NCBI RefSeq assembly: GCF_000012925.1
Contig: NC_007517.1
Location: 3,750,001 to 3,782,000 of the forward strand
DNA from: Geobacter metallireducens GS-15
Lineage (GTDB): Bacteria; Desulfobacterota; Desulfuromonadia; Geobacterales; Geobacteraceae
Length of the DNA stretch: 32,000 bases
Reading direction: 5' to 3'
Shown piece by piece: positions 10,632 through 19,950 of this stretch. Positions within the stretch are counted from its first letter, which is position 1. Every line of letters starts with the position of its first letter. The notes beneath the pieces are model-generated. The model had not been told where the DNA came from. It did not search any database and worked only from the letters and a program-made list of their open reading frames with translations. A program made the translations under genes and the position numbers.

Positions 10632-12641
10632 TTAGCGGAAGAGATAGAAGGCAACGATAACTACAACACCGAGTGACATGCCAAGGGCATAGTTGTGCAC
10701 ATACCCTGTCTGAATGTTTCTGAGCGCGCCACCGAAACCCTTGACGATTGCCGCAACACCGTTGACAACACCATCTACCACCACGACGTCAAAACCTTTC
10801 CAGAGACCATTACCGAGCGCCTTGCAGGGGTTGACGAAGAGAAAATCGTAGAGTTCGTCAACATACCACTTGTTATAAACTGCCCGGTGGAGCGCCGGGA
10901 AGGCAGCTGTGAATTTTGCAGGAATGGACGGTGACACCACATAGAGGAAGAAGGCAATGGAGATACCGATCAGCGCGATCACAACAGACGTGCCCATGAG
11001 TCCCCACTCAAGTGCAGGGCTATGGTGAGCCGCACCATGAGCGAGCTGCTGAGCCATGAACTCTTCGGATCCCTTGAATACTGGCTCAAGATAGTGCTCA
11101 AGATAATTCGGAATGCCCCCAAAAAGCTCGCCAATCAGCTTCGGTATGCCAACGTAACCACCTACGACAGCCAGCAAACCAAGTACCATCAGCGGAAAAG
11201 TAATGACAAGGGGAGATTCATGGAGGTGGCTCTTTGCCTTTTCCACGATGCGACACTCACCGAAGAAGGTCATAAACACAAGTCTGAACATATAGAACGC
11301 CGTGAAACCTGCGGCTATAGCGCCAGTTGCCCAGAGAATAATATTCAGGTCTCCATGGAGCGGGTTGGCAAAGGCCTGCCAGAGAATCTCATCTTTGGAG
11401 AAAAACCCGGAGAAACCTGGGATACCGGCGATAGCAATAGTTGACACAAGGAATGTCAGGAAGGTTATCGGCATCTGCTTCTTCAGACCACCCATGTTAC
11501 GCATGTCCTGCGGGTCATCATGGGAATGGGCATGATGCAAGGCATGGTGCATTGAATGAATGACTGAACCAGACCCTAGGAAGAGGCAGGCCTTGAAGAA
11601 CGCGTGAGTCATCAGGTGAAAAATACCCGCAGTAAAGGCGCCAACACCCATGGCGAGGAACATGAAACCAAGCTGCGATACTGTTGAATAGGCAAGGACG
11701 CGTTTGATATCGTTTTGAGCAGTACCAATAGTCGCAGCAAAAATGGCTGTAGCCGCACCAACTATGGCAACAATCATCATCGTCTCATGCGAACGAATAT
11801 ATACGAAATTCAAACGACCGATCATATATACGCCAGCTGTGACCATTGTTGCCGCATGGATGAGTGCGGATACTGGCGTCGGGCCTTCCATGGCATCAGG
11901 AAGCCATGTATAGAGTGGAAGCTGTGCTGACTTGCCGGTAGCACCCAGGAAGAAGCAGAGTGCAATTACCGTAACTACGCCACCAACCGGAAGAAGATGG
12001 GCATTTGCTGCCAATTGACGGAAATTGATGGTCCAGACATTATGGTTTTGTCCGAGATACCAGTAGAGCGTGAAGACACCCAGCAGAAAACCGAAGTCAC
12101 CTACCCGGTTCATTACGAATGCCTTCTTGCCGGCGTCTCCCGCTGATTTCTTATGGAAATAGTAACCAATAAGGAGGTAAGAGCAGAGACCGACTCCTTC
12201 CCAACCGACAAACATAAGCAGGAGGTTGTTCCCGAGCACCAAAAGGAGCATAGAGAAAGTGAAAAGGTTCAAGTAGGTAAAATACCGATAGAAGCCCTCT
12301 TCACCGTGCATATAGCCGATGGAGTAAACATGAATCAGGAAACCAACACCCGTCACGACCATGATCATCAGCGCGGAAAGCGGATCGATAAGAAAACCGA
12401 TCTCAGCGTTGAAGTTACCGGATTTAATCCACGTAAAGAGCACCTTCTCAAAGACGCGCTCTTCCGCAGATCTCGAGAGAAGCTCGATCAGGATGCCGAA
12501 TGACACAAGAAACGAACCGAACACCATGAGTGATCCTATTCCACCGATCACGGTCTCGTTCTTGATCTTCTTCCCAAGAAGGCCGTTTATGACGACGCCG
12601 ATCAGAGGGAACAGTGGTATCAGCCATACGTACTCGAACAT
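10632..12641 (-). CDS. nuoL: NADH-quinone oxidoreductase subunit L
   Basis: 669 aa with WEGVGLCSYLLIGYY and LAYSTVSQLGFMFLAMG motifs. The long C-terminal extension is typical of NuoL. Confidence 0.92.
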   Translation of the reverse strand: MFEYVWLIPLFPLIGVVINGLLGKKIKNETVIGGIGSLMVFGSFLVSFGILIELLSRSAEERVFEKVLFTWIKSGNFNAEIGFLIDPLSALMIMVVTGVGFLIHVYSIGYMHGEEGFYRYFTYLNLFTFSMLLLVLGNNLLLMFVGWEGVGLCSYLLIGYYFHKKSAGDAGKKAFVMNRVGDFGFLLGVFTLYWYLGQNHNVWTINFRQLAANAHLLPVGGVVTVIALCFFLGATGKSAQLPLYTWLPDAMEGPTPVSALIHAATMVTAGVYMIGRLNFVYIRSHETMMIVAIVGAATAIFAATIGTAQNDIKRVLAYSTVSQLGFMFLAMGVGAFTAGIFHLMTHAFFKACLFLGSGSVIHSMHHALHHAHSHDDPQDMRNMGGLKKQMPITFLTFLVSTIAIAGIPGFSGFFSKDEILWQAFANPLHGDLNIILWATGAIAAGFTAFYMFRLVFMTFFGECRIVEKAKSHLHESPLVITFPLMVLGLLAVVGGYVGIPKLIGELFGGIPNYLEHYLEPVFKGSEEFMAQQLAHGAAHHSPALEWGLMGTSVVIALIGISIAFFLYVVSPSIPAKFTAAFPALHRAVYNKWYVDELYDFLFVNPCKALGNGLWKGFDVVVVDGVVNGVAAIVKGFGGALRNIQTGYVHNYALGMSLGVVVIVAFYLFR

Positions 12642-12698
12642 TCCTGACTCCTTTATTATCGCGAGTAATTCAGAATTTCGTAAGTTCTGTCAGAACTG

Positions 12699-13001
12699 CT
12701 ACAGTCTCATGAGCTTGATATCTTCAACGTCAATAGACTCACGATTCTTATAAAATGCAATCATAAGCGCCAGGCCCACGGCGGCTTCTGCTGCGGCAAC
12801 CGTCATAACAAAGAAAACAAATATCTGTCCGTCAACATTTCCAAGATGCTTAGACAACGCGATGAAGGTAAGATTGACCGAATTTAGCATCATTTCGACG
12901 CACATAAAGATAACGATGGCATTTCTTCTGATGAGGACACCAATGGTCCCGATGGAAAATAGTATTGCGCTGAGTATCAAGTAACTGTGCAAAGAGACCA
13001 T
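12699..13001 (-). CDS. nuoK: NADH-quinone oxidoreductase subunit K
   Basis: 100-aa protein with three hydrophobic helices (…MTVAAAEAAVGLALM…) in the operon position of nuoK. Confidence 0.9.
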   Translation of the reverse strand: MVSLHSYLILSAILFSIGTIGVLIRRNAIVIFMCVEMMLNSVNLTFIALSKHLGNVDGQIFVFFVMTVAAAEAAVGLALMIAFYKNRESIDVEDIKLMRL

Positions 13002-13019
13002 GAGCTTAACCCCTGTCAG

Positions 13020-13523
13020 TTAGATTTTCTTCTTCGTGAGAACAACCGCGCCGATGATGGCCACCAAGAGAAGAATGGAGGTCACCTCGAAGGGGAGAAG
13101 GAAGTCAGTGTACAACGCTTTGCCGATCAATTCAGTATGGCCAACCTTGTTTATGAGAGCCGAATCAATTGCTCCCTTCTGCCCTGTGAGCGAACTTCTA
13201 TTAAACAGGTAGAACAGCTGGAACAAGCTAAATAGTCCGATCAGACTGCCAAACAGCACACTGTGCGAGCTCCTCCGACCAGATTCTGTCCGTACGTTGA
13301 GAAGCATGATTACGAACACAATCAAGACCATGATTGCGCCTGCATAGACCAACACCTGTATGGCTGCCATGAACGGTGCATCAAGCGTCACGTACAGAGT
13401 TGCCAAGCAGAAGAAAGTCAGAATGAGAGAGAGCGCGCTGTTGATCGGGTTCTTGCAGGTAATGACCAGAATACTGGCCAGGACAGCTACTGCTGCCACG
13501 ATCATGAAGAAGAACGTTTCCAT
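13020..13523 (-). CDS. nuoJ: NADH-quinone oxidoreductase subunit J
   Basis: 167-aa hydrophobic protein between nuoI and nuoK. Size and position fit NuoJ. Confidence 0.85.
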   Translation of the reverse strand: METFFFMIVAAVAVLASILVITCKNPINSALSLILTFFCLATLYVTLDAPFMAAIQVLVYAGAIMVLIVFVIMLLNVRTESGRRSSHSVLFGSLIGLFSLFQLFYLFNRSSLTGQKGAIDSALINKVGHTELIGKALYTDFLLPFEVTSILLLVAIIGAVVLTKKKI

Positions 13524-13536
13524 TGCTGCTCCTTTA

Positions 13537-13932
13537 TTACTTTTCTAAGAGTCGCTCTTTGACGAATACAAAATCTTCGCGCTTATAATTTGCCAATTCA
13601 AATTCACCCGTCATCTTAAGGGCATCGACAGGGCAAGCCTCAACACAATAGCCGCAGAAAATGCACCGCAGCATATCAATCTCATACCGCTCGGCATATT
13701 TATTGTGTTCCTGATCCTCACCAGCCTCAACGGTTATGCATTTTGCTGGGCACACTGTAGGACAGAGATAGCAGCAAACACACTTGGCTTTACTGTGAGA
13801 AACCTTCAGAGCATGCAAGCCACGGAAATTGGGTGACGGTGTCGGCCGCTCATCTGGGTACTGAAGCGTAACTGGCTTCATGAACATATGCTTCAGGGTG
13901 ATCTTGAGACCATTAATCAATGGCATTATCAT
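13537..13932 (-). CDS. nuoI: NADH-quinone oxidoreductase subunit I (2x[4Fe-4S])
   Basis: 131 aa with two ferredoxin motifs, CVCCYLCPTVCP and CIFCGYCVEACP. Confidence 0.92.
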   Translation of the reverse strand: MIMPLINGLKITLKHMFMKPVTLQYPDERPTPSPNFRGLHALKVSHSKAKCVCCYLCPTVCPAKCITVEAGEDQEHNKYAERYEIDMLRCIFCGYCVEACPVDALKMTGEFELANYKREDFVFVKERLLEK

Positions 13933-13959
13933 GGCGTGTAACCTCGTAATAGGTTGTGA

Positions 13960-15000
13960 CTAGAGTGATACAATAATTCCAGTTACTACGATATTGATCA
14001 GAGTCAAAGGCAGGAACACCTTCCATCCGAGACGCATCAGTTGGTCATACCGGTAGCGGGGATAGGTAGCACGAATCCACATGCACGTGAAGATCAGGAA
14101 ATAGACCTTTGCAATAAACCAGAACCAACCGGGCAAGAAGCTGGGACCATGCCATCCCCCCAGGAACAGGGTGGTTGTTACAGCACAGACCGTTACCATG
14201 TTTGCATATTCTGCCATGAAGAACATGGCGTACTTCATACTTGAATATTCGGTGCAGAAACCGGAAACCAACTCTGTTTCAGCTTCAGGAAGGTCAAAGG
14301 GGGTCCGGTTGATTTCTGCAATGGAGCAGATAAAGAAAAGTATGAACGCCAAGGGCTGCTTAAAGGCGTACCAGGCACCATTGGCCTGATCAGCCACTAT
14401 CTTCTGGAGCGAAAGGGACTCAGAGAGCATAAAGACCGAAATGATCGCCAGACCAGCGGCCAACTCGTAAGAGATCATCTGGGCGGAGGAGCGCAGACCA
14501 CCGAGAAGTGAATATTTGCTGTTTGAAGACCACCCGGCCAAGACAATGCCATATACACCTATTGATGCCAGCGCAAGGATATAAAGGACACCAACATTGA
14601 GGTCTACAACTTGTCCCGACGCAGTGTCGTAGTATGCAGCAATTTGGAGGGGTATTTTGTAGCCACCCACCTCAATTGTTTCACCAAAAGGGATGACTGC
14701 GAAGCCAATGAACGCTGGGACGAGCGCTATCAGAGGAGCTATCAGGAAGGCGAATTTGTCCGCTTTCGAAGGGATTATCTCCTCCTTAAAGAATAGCTTA
14801 ACACCGTCTGCAATCGGTTGCAGCAGGCCATGCCAGCCAGTGCGCATTGGACCAAGCCGCACCTGCATGTGACCAATGATCTTACGTTCAGCATAGGTGG
14901 CGTACGCCACAGTAAGCAGTACGAAGACGAACACCACGAGAACCTTGAGTACCATGGCGATGTAGTATGCCATCGGCAATCCCAATATTTCGTATCCCAT
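13960..15000 (-). CDS. nuoH: NADH-quinone oxidoreductase subunit H
   Basis: 346 aa from the internal ATG at 15000 (MGYEILGLP…), which has AGGGGAAGAG upstream. The longer ORF reaching 15081 would overlap the nuoG 3' end. Polytopic, with the TEYSSMKYAMFFMAEY region typical of NuoH/ND1. Confidence 0.88.
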   Translation of the reverse strand: MGYEILGLPMAYYIAMVLKVLVVFVFVLLTVAYATYAERKIIGHMQVRLGPMRTGWHGLLQPIADGVKLFFKEEIIPSKADKFAFLIAPLIALVPAFIGFAVIPFGETIEVGGYKIPLQIAAYYDTASGQVVDLNVGVLYILALASIGVYGIVLAGWSSNSKYSLLGGLRSSAQMISYELAAGLAIISVFMLSESLSLQKIVADQANGAWYAFKQPLAFILFFICSIAEINRTPFDLPEAETELVSGFCTEYSSMKYAMFFMAEYANMVTVCAVTTTLFLGGWHGPSFLPGWFWFIAKVYFLIFTCMWIRATYPRYRYDQLMRLGWKVFLPLTLINIVVTGIIVSL

Positions 15001-15059
15001 TTGCACTCTTCCCCTCTTGATGTGATGGTGTTGTGAGTGGACTTTACATCCAAGTATAG

Positions 15060-17546
15060 CTACTTGCTTATTGTAACCCACGTAACAGGTGCACCGTTGG
15101 TGATACTGTTAATGGACATGTCGGAAAAATGATACGGCGCGAACACAACACCTTCAGGCATGCGCATACTTACTTTGGCCTTCAGCTTGACTTCTCCAAC
15201 AGACGATTTCACTGTTAACGTCTGGTCATTTTCAACGCCAAGTTTTTTAGCATCGCCACTATTCAACTCTACATATCCTTCTGGGCAGACATACATGGGG
15301 CCTTCCCCATGCAGCGACAAGGTACCGCAATGATTGAGAGCATTGCCCGTAACGAGAGCCATCGCACCAGCTGCCGACTCCTGGCCATCCGCAACCGTTG
15401 AAACGAACCGCAGCCTGTTGGCAACTGAATAGACTGAACCGTTCTCGTCCAAACCATCGAAAGTAAGCCCACTGTACGAAGGAACCACAGACGCAATCTC
15501 GGCAAAAACTTCCGACAATCCTTTAAAGGAGTCACACCCAAGGGTTGAATACAAAGAGTTAAATATATCAAAGTCACTGCGGGCCATGCCGATAGTATCT
15601 ATTGCTTTGCGAACCCTTTGAACGGCCTTACCGGCGCTGGTAAAGGTACCATTCTTCTCAGCAAAGGAGCATGCCGGGAGAACGACATCTGCTTTACTGG
15701 CCGTCTCGGTCATAAACAGATCCTGAACCACAAGGAACTCGACAGCATCGAGAGCAGCTTCGACCTTTTTACGGTTCGGGTAAGAGATAACGGGATTCTC
15801 ACCAACTACGTACAGTGTCTTGATGGCGCCTGAAGCACAACCGTCTAGAATTCCCATGGCATCACGACCACCTGCAACCGGATGAATCCTAAGATCAGCA
15901 GCCCCCTGGCTATTGTTCTTCTCGCCCATTATGAGAACGCCACACCCTTCTTTGCCAATCTTGCCCGTAAGCAACGCAAGGTTGATGGTGGCTTGGGCAA
16001 GCGCCTTCCCATGCCCCGGATAGGCAAGCCCGATGGGCAGCATGATGAGTGCCTTCTCGGCTTTTGCATAGTCGCGTGCAAGGGTTGTAATATCTTCAAT
16101 TGACATACCACACTGGGCTGCGACAATAGCCGGAGCACATGCCCCGAGATTCTTAACGAAATCGTCATAACCAGGGAGGGATGAGGCTGAGCTGTCAGCA
16201 AGTCCCTCATCAACGATGACCTTTGCAAGGGCATTAAAGAGGAGGACTTCACTTGCGGGCTTATGAACATATGTAATAGCGTTCGGAAGTTTTGAAAGCT
16301 TACCTTTCTTGTCCGACACAATTCGGAGATTAACGCCTTTGCGCTTCACTCCGAGATTTATCTCAAAGCCAAGGACAGGGTGCGTTTCGTAAGCATCCGT
16401 CTTCACAACCAACAACAGATTCGTTGTCTGAATATCCGAAATAGAAGCTGGCGAGGCTGGATACCCAAGGCTCTCGACCGCGCCCGCTGTCAACGCATCG
16501 TGGGCGTAGCCTGCCGAGTGATCAATGTTATCGGACCCAATTCCTTTATTGAAAAGCTGCTTGAAAAGATAGAGCTCTTCATTGGTAAGACGGGGCGTTA
16601 CCAGTCCGGCAACAGATGATGCACCAACGCTTTTTGCATCAGCAAGTCTCTGGTGTACCAGTCCGAGAGCTTCGTCCCAGCTGGCCTCCTCAAGCTTACC
16701 GTTCTTCTTGACCAGTGGTGTCTTGAGACGCTTATCACTGTTCACGAATTGATATCCAAATCTACCACGAGTACAAAGCTGACCATTATGGAAACCCTGA
16801 TTCTCGTCATAGACCGTGGTAAGTACTTTGTTATCCTTTACCCCAAGAGTTAGCTGGCACCCCGTTCCGCAGTAAGAACAAACCGTCTTCACTTTATTCA
16901 ATGACCACCAGCGGGCCTTGAATTTGAACGGTCTGCTCACGAGAGCGCCAACGGGGCAAACTGATACACATGATCCGCAAAACTCGCAATTAAGCGGTCC
17001 ATCGAACTCTGTACCAATTTTTGCTTCAAGACCCCGATTGATAAAGGTATAGGCGCCGAATGAAACTATTTCATCACAGATTCGAGCACACTTGCCGCAG
17101 TGAACGCAACGATTCATGTCCCGTTCAATGAGCGGGTTTTGGTAGTCGATCTGATGCTGAAATTTTTCATCTTTGAACCGATTTGAATTCACCTGGTATT
17201 CGTAGGTGAGATTCTGGAGGTCGCAATCGCCAGCGGCGTCGCAAACAGGACAGTCGATTGGATGCTTCAGCAACAGTAGTTCAAGAACGAGCTTACGGGC
17301 CTGAATAATCTCAGGAGTCATGGTGTTGACTATCATGCCCTCAGTTACAGGGGTCGTACACGCCGGAATCTGGCGCCCTTTCATCTGTTCGACCTCGACA
17401 AGACACATACGGCAACCGCCGAAGGGATGGAGCTTCTTGTCGTGACAGAGAATGGGTATCCTGATGCCGGCTGATTTTGCAGCATCGTAAATGGTAGCGT
17501 CCTTGGGTACCGTTACCTGTTTTCCGTCAATCGTGAGATTTACCAT
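15060..17546 (-). CDS. nuoG: NADH-quinone oxidoreductase subunit G (long, molybdopterin-fold type)
   Basis: 828 aa. N-terminal 2Fe-2S region (CHDKKLHPFGGCRMC), HPIDCPVCDAAGDCDLQ, CVHCGKCARIC, CEFCGSCVSVCP, then CSYCGTGCQLTL and a molybdopterin-oxidoreductase-like body. Confidence 0.92.
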   Translation of the reverse strand: MVNLTIDGKQVTVPKDATIYDAAKSAGIRIPILCHDKKLHPFGGCRMCLVEVEQMKGRQIPACTTPVTEGMIVNTMTPEIIQARKLVLELLLLKHPIDCPVCDAAGDCDLQNLTYEYQVNSNRFKDEKFQHQIDYQNPLIERDMNRCVHCGKCARICDEIVSFGAYTFINRGLEAKIGTEFDGPLNCEFCGSCVSVCPVGALVSRPFKFKARWWSLNKVKTVCSYCGTGCQLTLGVKDNKVLTTVYDENQGFHNGQLCTRGRFGYQFVNSDKRLKTPLVKKNGKLEEASWDEALGLVHQRLADAKSVGASSVAGLVTPRLTNEELYLFKQLFNKGIGSDNIDHSAGYAHDALTAGAVESLGYPASPASISDIQTTNLLLVVKTDAYETHPVLGFEINLGVKRKGVNLRIVSDKKGKLSKLPNAITYVHKPASEVLLFNALAKVIVDEGLADSSASSLPGYDDFVKNLGACAPAIVAAQCGMSIEDITTLARDYAKAEKALIMLPIGLAYPGHGKALAQATINLALLTGKIGKEGCGVLIMGEKNNSQGAADLRIHPVAGGRDAMGILDGCASGAIKTLYVVGENPVISYPNRKKVEAALDAVEFLVVQDLFMTETASKADVVLPACSFAEKNGTFTSAGKAVQRVRKAIDTIGMARSDFDIFNSLYSTLGCDSFKGLSEVFAEIASVVPSYSGLTFDGLDENGSVYSVANRLRFVSTVADGQESAAGAMALVTGNALNHCGTLSLHGEGPMYVCPEGYVELNSGDAKKLGVENDQTLTVKSSVGEVKLKAKVSMRMPEGVVFAPYHFSDMSINSITNGAPVTWVTISK

Positions 17547-17588
17547 CTTGACCTCTGTATAACCTCGGATAGTTAGCTCATCGAGCTG

Positions 17589-19364
17589 TTACTCAATCGC
17601 CATGAACCGACAGGCGTCATAACACGACTTACATTTTGTACACTTTTCCTTGTCCAAATAGGCAACCTGTCCCTTTTCCCAGACAATTGCGTCTACCGGA
17701 CACGCTTTGAAGCACGCACCGCACTTAACGCACTTTTCCTCTATTACCTGCCACAGGAGTAGTTCCTTGCAGCAGTTTGACGGGCAGCGTTTATCGGTGA
17801 TGTGGGCTTCGTACTCTTCCCGGAAATAGCGAATGGTCGAGAGAATAGGGTTCGGCGCTGTTTGGCCGAGGCCACATAAAGAAGCCTTCTTGATGGTACT
17901 GCCCATCTCCAGAAGAGTCTCAATGTCGCCCGCCTGGCCGCGGCCTGCGGTAATTCTCTCCAGAATGTCAAGCATAACCTTGAGGCCAATCCGGCAGGGG
18001 ACACATTTCCCGCAAGACTCCATTCTGGTGAACGAAAGGAAGAAGCGGGCAACGTCGACCATACAGGTTGTCTCGTCCATGACGACCAGACCACCCGAAC
18101 CCATCATGGCTCCGGCCTTAATCAATGAATCGTAGTCAACGGGAGTATCAAGCACTTCAGGAGGGATACAGCCACCAGAGGGCCCACCCGCCTGTACCGC
18201 CTTGAATTTGCGATTATTCGCAATCCCACCGCAGACATTATAAATAACATCGCGAACTGTCATGCCTGCAGGAACCTCAACAAGGCCCGTGTGTTTTACC
18301 TTGCCAGTGACGGCAAAAATTTTGGTCCCCTTGGTCGTGTCAGTTCCGAGGGAGGCATACCACTCAGCTCCCTTGTTGATTATGTGACGGACGTTGGCAA
18401 ACGTCTCAACGTTATTGATGTTGGTCGGCTTGGCCCACAAGCCCTTGACCGCAGGGAACGGTGGCCGGGGGCGTGGCATGCCTCGTTCACCTTCGATGGA
18501 AGCCATGAGCGCAGTCTCTTCACCGCACACGAAGGCACCGGCACCCTTTTTGATAATCAGGTCAAAGTCAAAGCCCCAACCTTGTATATTGTGCCCGAGA
18601 TAGCCTTTCTCACGGCATACATCAAGGGCCTTTTGGAGGCGCTCAATCGCCAGCGGATACTCTGCGCGTACGTAAACGTACCCCTTAGAGCAACCGATCG
18701 CATACGCCGCAATCATCATCCCCTCGATGATGCAGTAGGGGTCACCCTCAAGGATCGAACGGTCCATGAAGGCCCCGGGATCCCCTTCGTCAGCATTACA
18801 GATCAAATATTTAAGCTTCCCGGGTGTAGCAGCACAAAAGGACCACTTCATGCCGGTGGGAAAGCCCCCCCCCCCACGGCCGCGCAGACCCGCCTTCTTG
18901 ACCTCATCGATAACCGCAGCCGGAGTCATCTCTTTCACGCATTTTTCGATGGCCTTGAATCCATCTTCTGCCAGATAGGCGTCAAGGCTCTCGGGATCAA
19001 TCTGACCGCAACCGGTCATAACAATCCGCATTTGTTGATCGACAAATGTATTGTAATAAGGTTTTGCCTTTCGCTTTTCCAAAGGCGTGCGCTTGATGAT
19101 GTGTTCATCAACGAGCTGCGCTACTTCTTCTGGCTGCACAAAATCATAGGTGACCCGTCCAAGCTCAGGATCCACGATATCGACGAGAACATCGTTTGCA
19201 CAGAGTCCGCGGCAGCCAGTCTTAATAATGTCGCAACGCTTGCCCACAACGGCGTTGACGCCTCTTTCGGAAATTATCCGATTAAATTCGGCCTCGACCT
19301 TTTTTGCACCGGCCGATACGCCGCCTGTCCCCTGACAAATCAGAATCTTTATAGCTTCGCCCAT
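17589..19364 (-). CDS. nuoF: NADH-quinone oxidoreductase subunit F, extended form with extra N- and C-terminal Fe-S-type domains
   Basis: 591 aa. Core has the FMN/NADH motif GLRGRGGGGFPTGMKW and the N3 cluster motif ESCGKCVPCR…LCGLGQ. An extension of about 100 aa sits at the N-terminus. The C-terminus carries CVKCGACFKACP and CTKCKSCYDAC. Confidence 0.9.
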   Translation of the reverse strand: MGEAIKILICQGTGGVSAGAKKVEAEFNRIISERGVNAVVGKRCDIIKTGCRGLCANDVLVDIVDPELGRVTYDFVQPEEVAQLVDEHIIKRTPLEKRKAKPYYNTFVDQQMRIVMTGCGQIDPESLDAYLAEDGFKAIEKCVKEMTPAAVIDEVKKAGLRGRGGGGFPTGMKWSFCAATPGKLKYLICNADEGDPGAFMDRSILEGDPYCIIEGMMIAAYAIGCSKGYVYVRAEYPLAIERLQKALDVCREKGYLGHNIQGWGFDFDLIIKKGAGAFVCGEETALMASIEGERGMPRPRPPFPAVKGLWAKPTNINNVETFANVRHIINKGAEWYASLGTDTTKGTKIFAVTGKVKHTGLVEVPAGMTVRDVIYNVCGGIANNRKFKAVQAGGPSGGCIPPEVLDTPVDYDSLIKAGAMMGSGGLVVMDETTCMVDVARFFLSFTRMESCGKCVPCRIGLKVMLDILERITAGRGQAGDIETLLEMGSTIKKASLCGLGQTAPNPILSTIRYFREEYEAHITDKRCPSNCCKELLLWQVIEEKCVKCGACFKACPVDAIVWEKGQVAYLDKEKCTKCKSCYDACRFMAIE

Positions 19365-19401
19365 AACGCTCTATCCTCTGATGTGAATGGTTGGATCGAT
19401 C

Positions 19402-19923
19402 CTACTTCATCGGCCGCTGATTATACTCAGCGATAATCTCTTCAACCTTTTGCACTGTCATTTTCCCAAAGGTGTCGTCGTTGACCATCGCCAAAGGAGC
19501 CATCCCGCAGGCACCGAGACAAGCAACCTTCTCAAAGGTGTACCGAAGGTCGGGTGAGGTTTCGGCATGACTAATCCCAAGCTTGTCGAAAAAGGTTTCA
19601 ACAATTCGGGGAGCCCCCTGAACGTGACACGCGGTTCCCACACAGACCCGGATAATGTAGCGTCCACGAGGTTTGAGATGGAACTGGGCATAAAATGTCA
19701 GCACTCCGAATATCTGGCTGGGATAGACATTGAGACGCTCTGCCACCAGATCGATGGTCGGCTTTGGCACATAGCCATACTCATCTTGAATACCCTGTAG
19801 CACCGGCATAAGATTGCCTGGAAGGGTCAAGTATTTGTCAATGACATGGTTCGCCGGTCCGAGATCTATTTCCTCTACTGGCGTTTCCTCAACATTTGTC
19901 GCTTCGGCCGGAGCGTTGCTCAT
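19402..19923 (-). CDS. nuoE: NADH-quinone oxidoreductase subunit E ([2Fe-2S])
   Basis: 173 aa with the thioredoxin-like ferredoxin motifs CVGTACHVQG and CLGACGMAP. Confidence 0.92.
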   Translation of the reverse strand: MSNAPAEATNVEETPVEEIDLGPANHVIDKYLTLPGNLMPVLQGIQDEYGYVPKPTIDLVAERLNVYPSQIFGVLTFYAQFHLKPRGRYIIRVCVGTACHVQGAPRIVETFFDKLGISHAETSPDLRYTFEKVACLGACGMAPLAMVNDDTFGKMTVQKVEEIIAEYNQRPMK

Positions 19924-19950
19924 TACTCCCTCTCCTTTATCGCAGTGGCA

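Noticed and set aside
15001-15081. Upstream in-frame extension of nuoH (MGYNKQVAILGCKVHSQHHHIKRGRVQ)
   Set aside because: It would overlap the nuoG 3' end by 22 nt and is not hydrophobic or NuoH-like. The internal ATG at 15000 has a purine-rich ribosome-binding site and begins the first transmembrane helix.
18291-19436. 381-aa ORF on the plus strand (also 20200..21150, 316 aa; 30233..31225, 330 aa; 31265..31897, 210 aa)
   Set aside because: All are shadow ORFs antisense to strongly motif-supported genes (nuoF, nuoD, gspD). They have low-complexity composition, no Shine-Dalgarno and no recognisable motifs.
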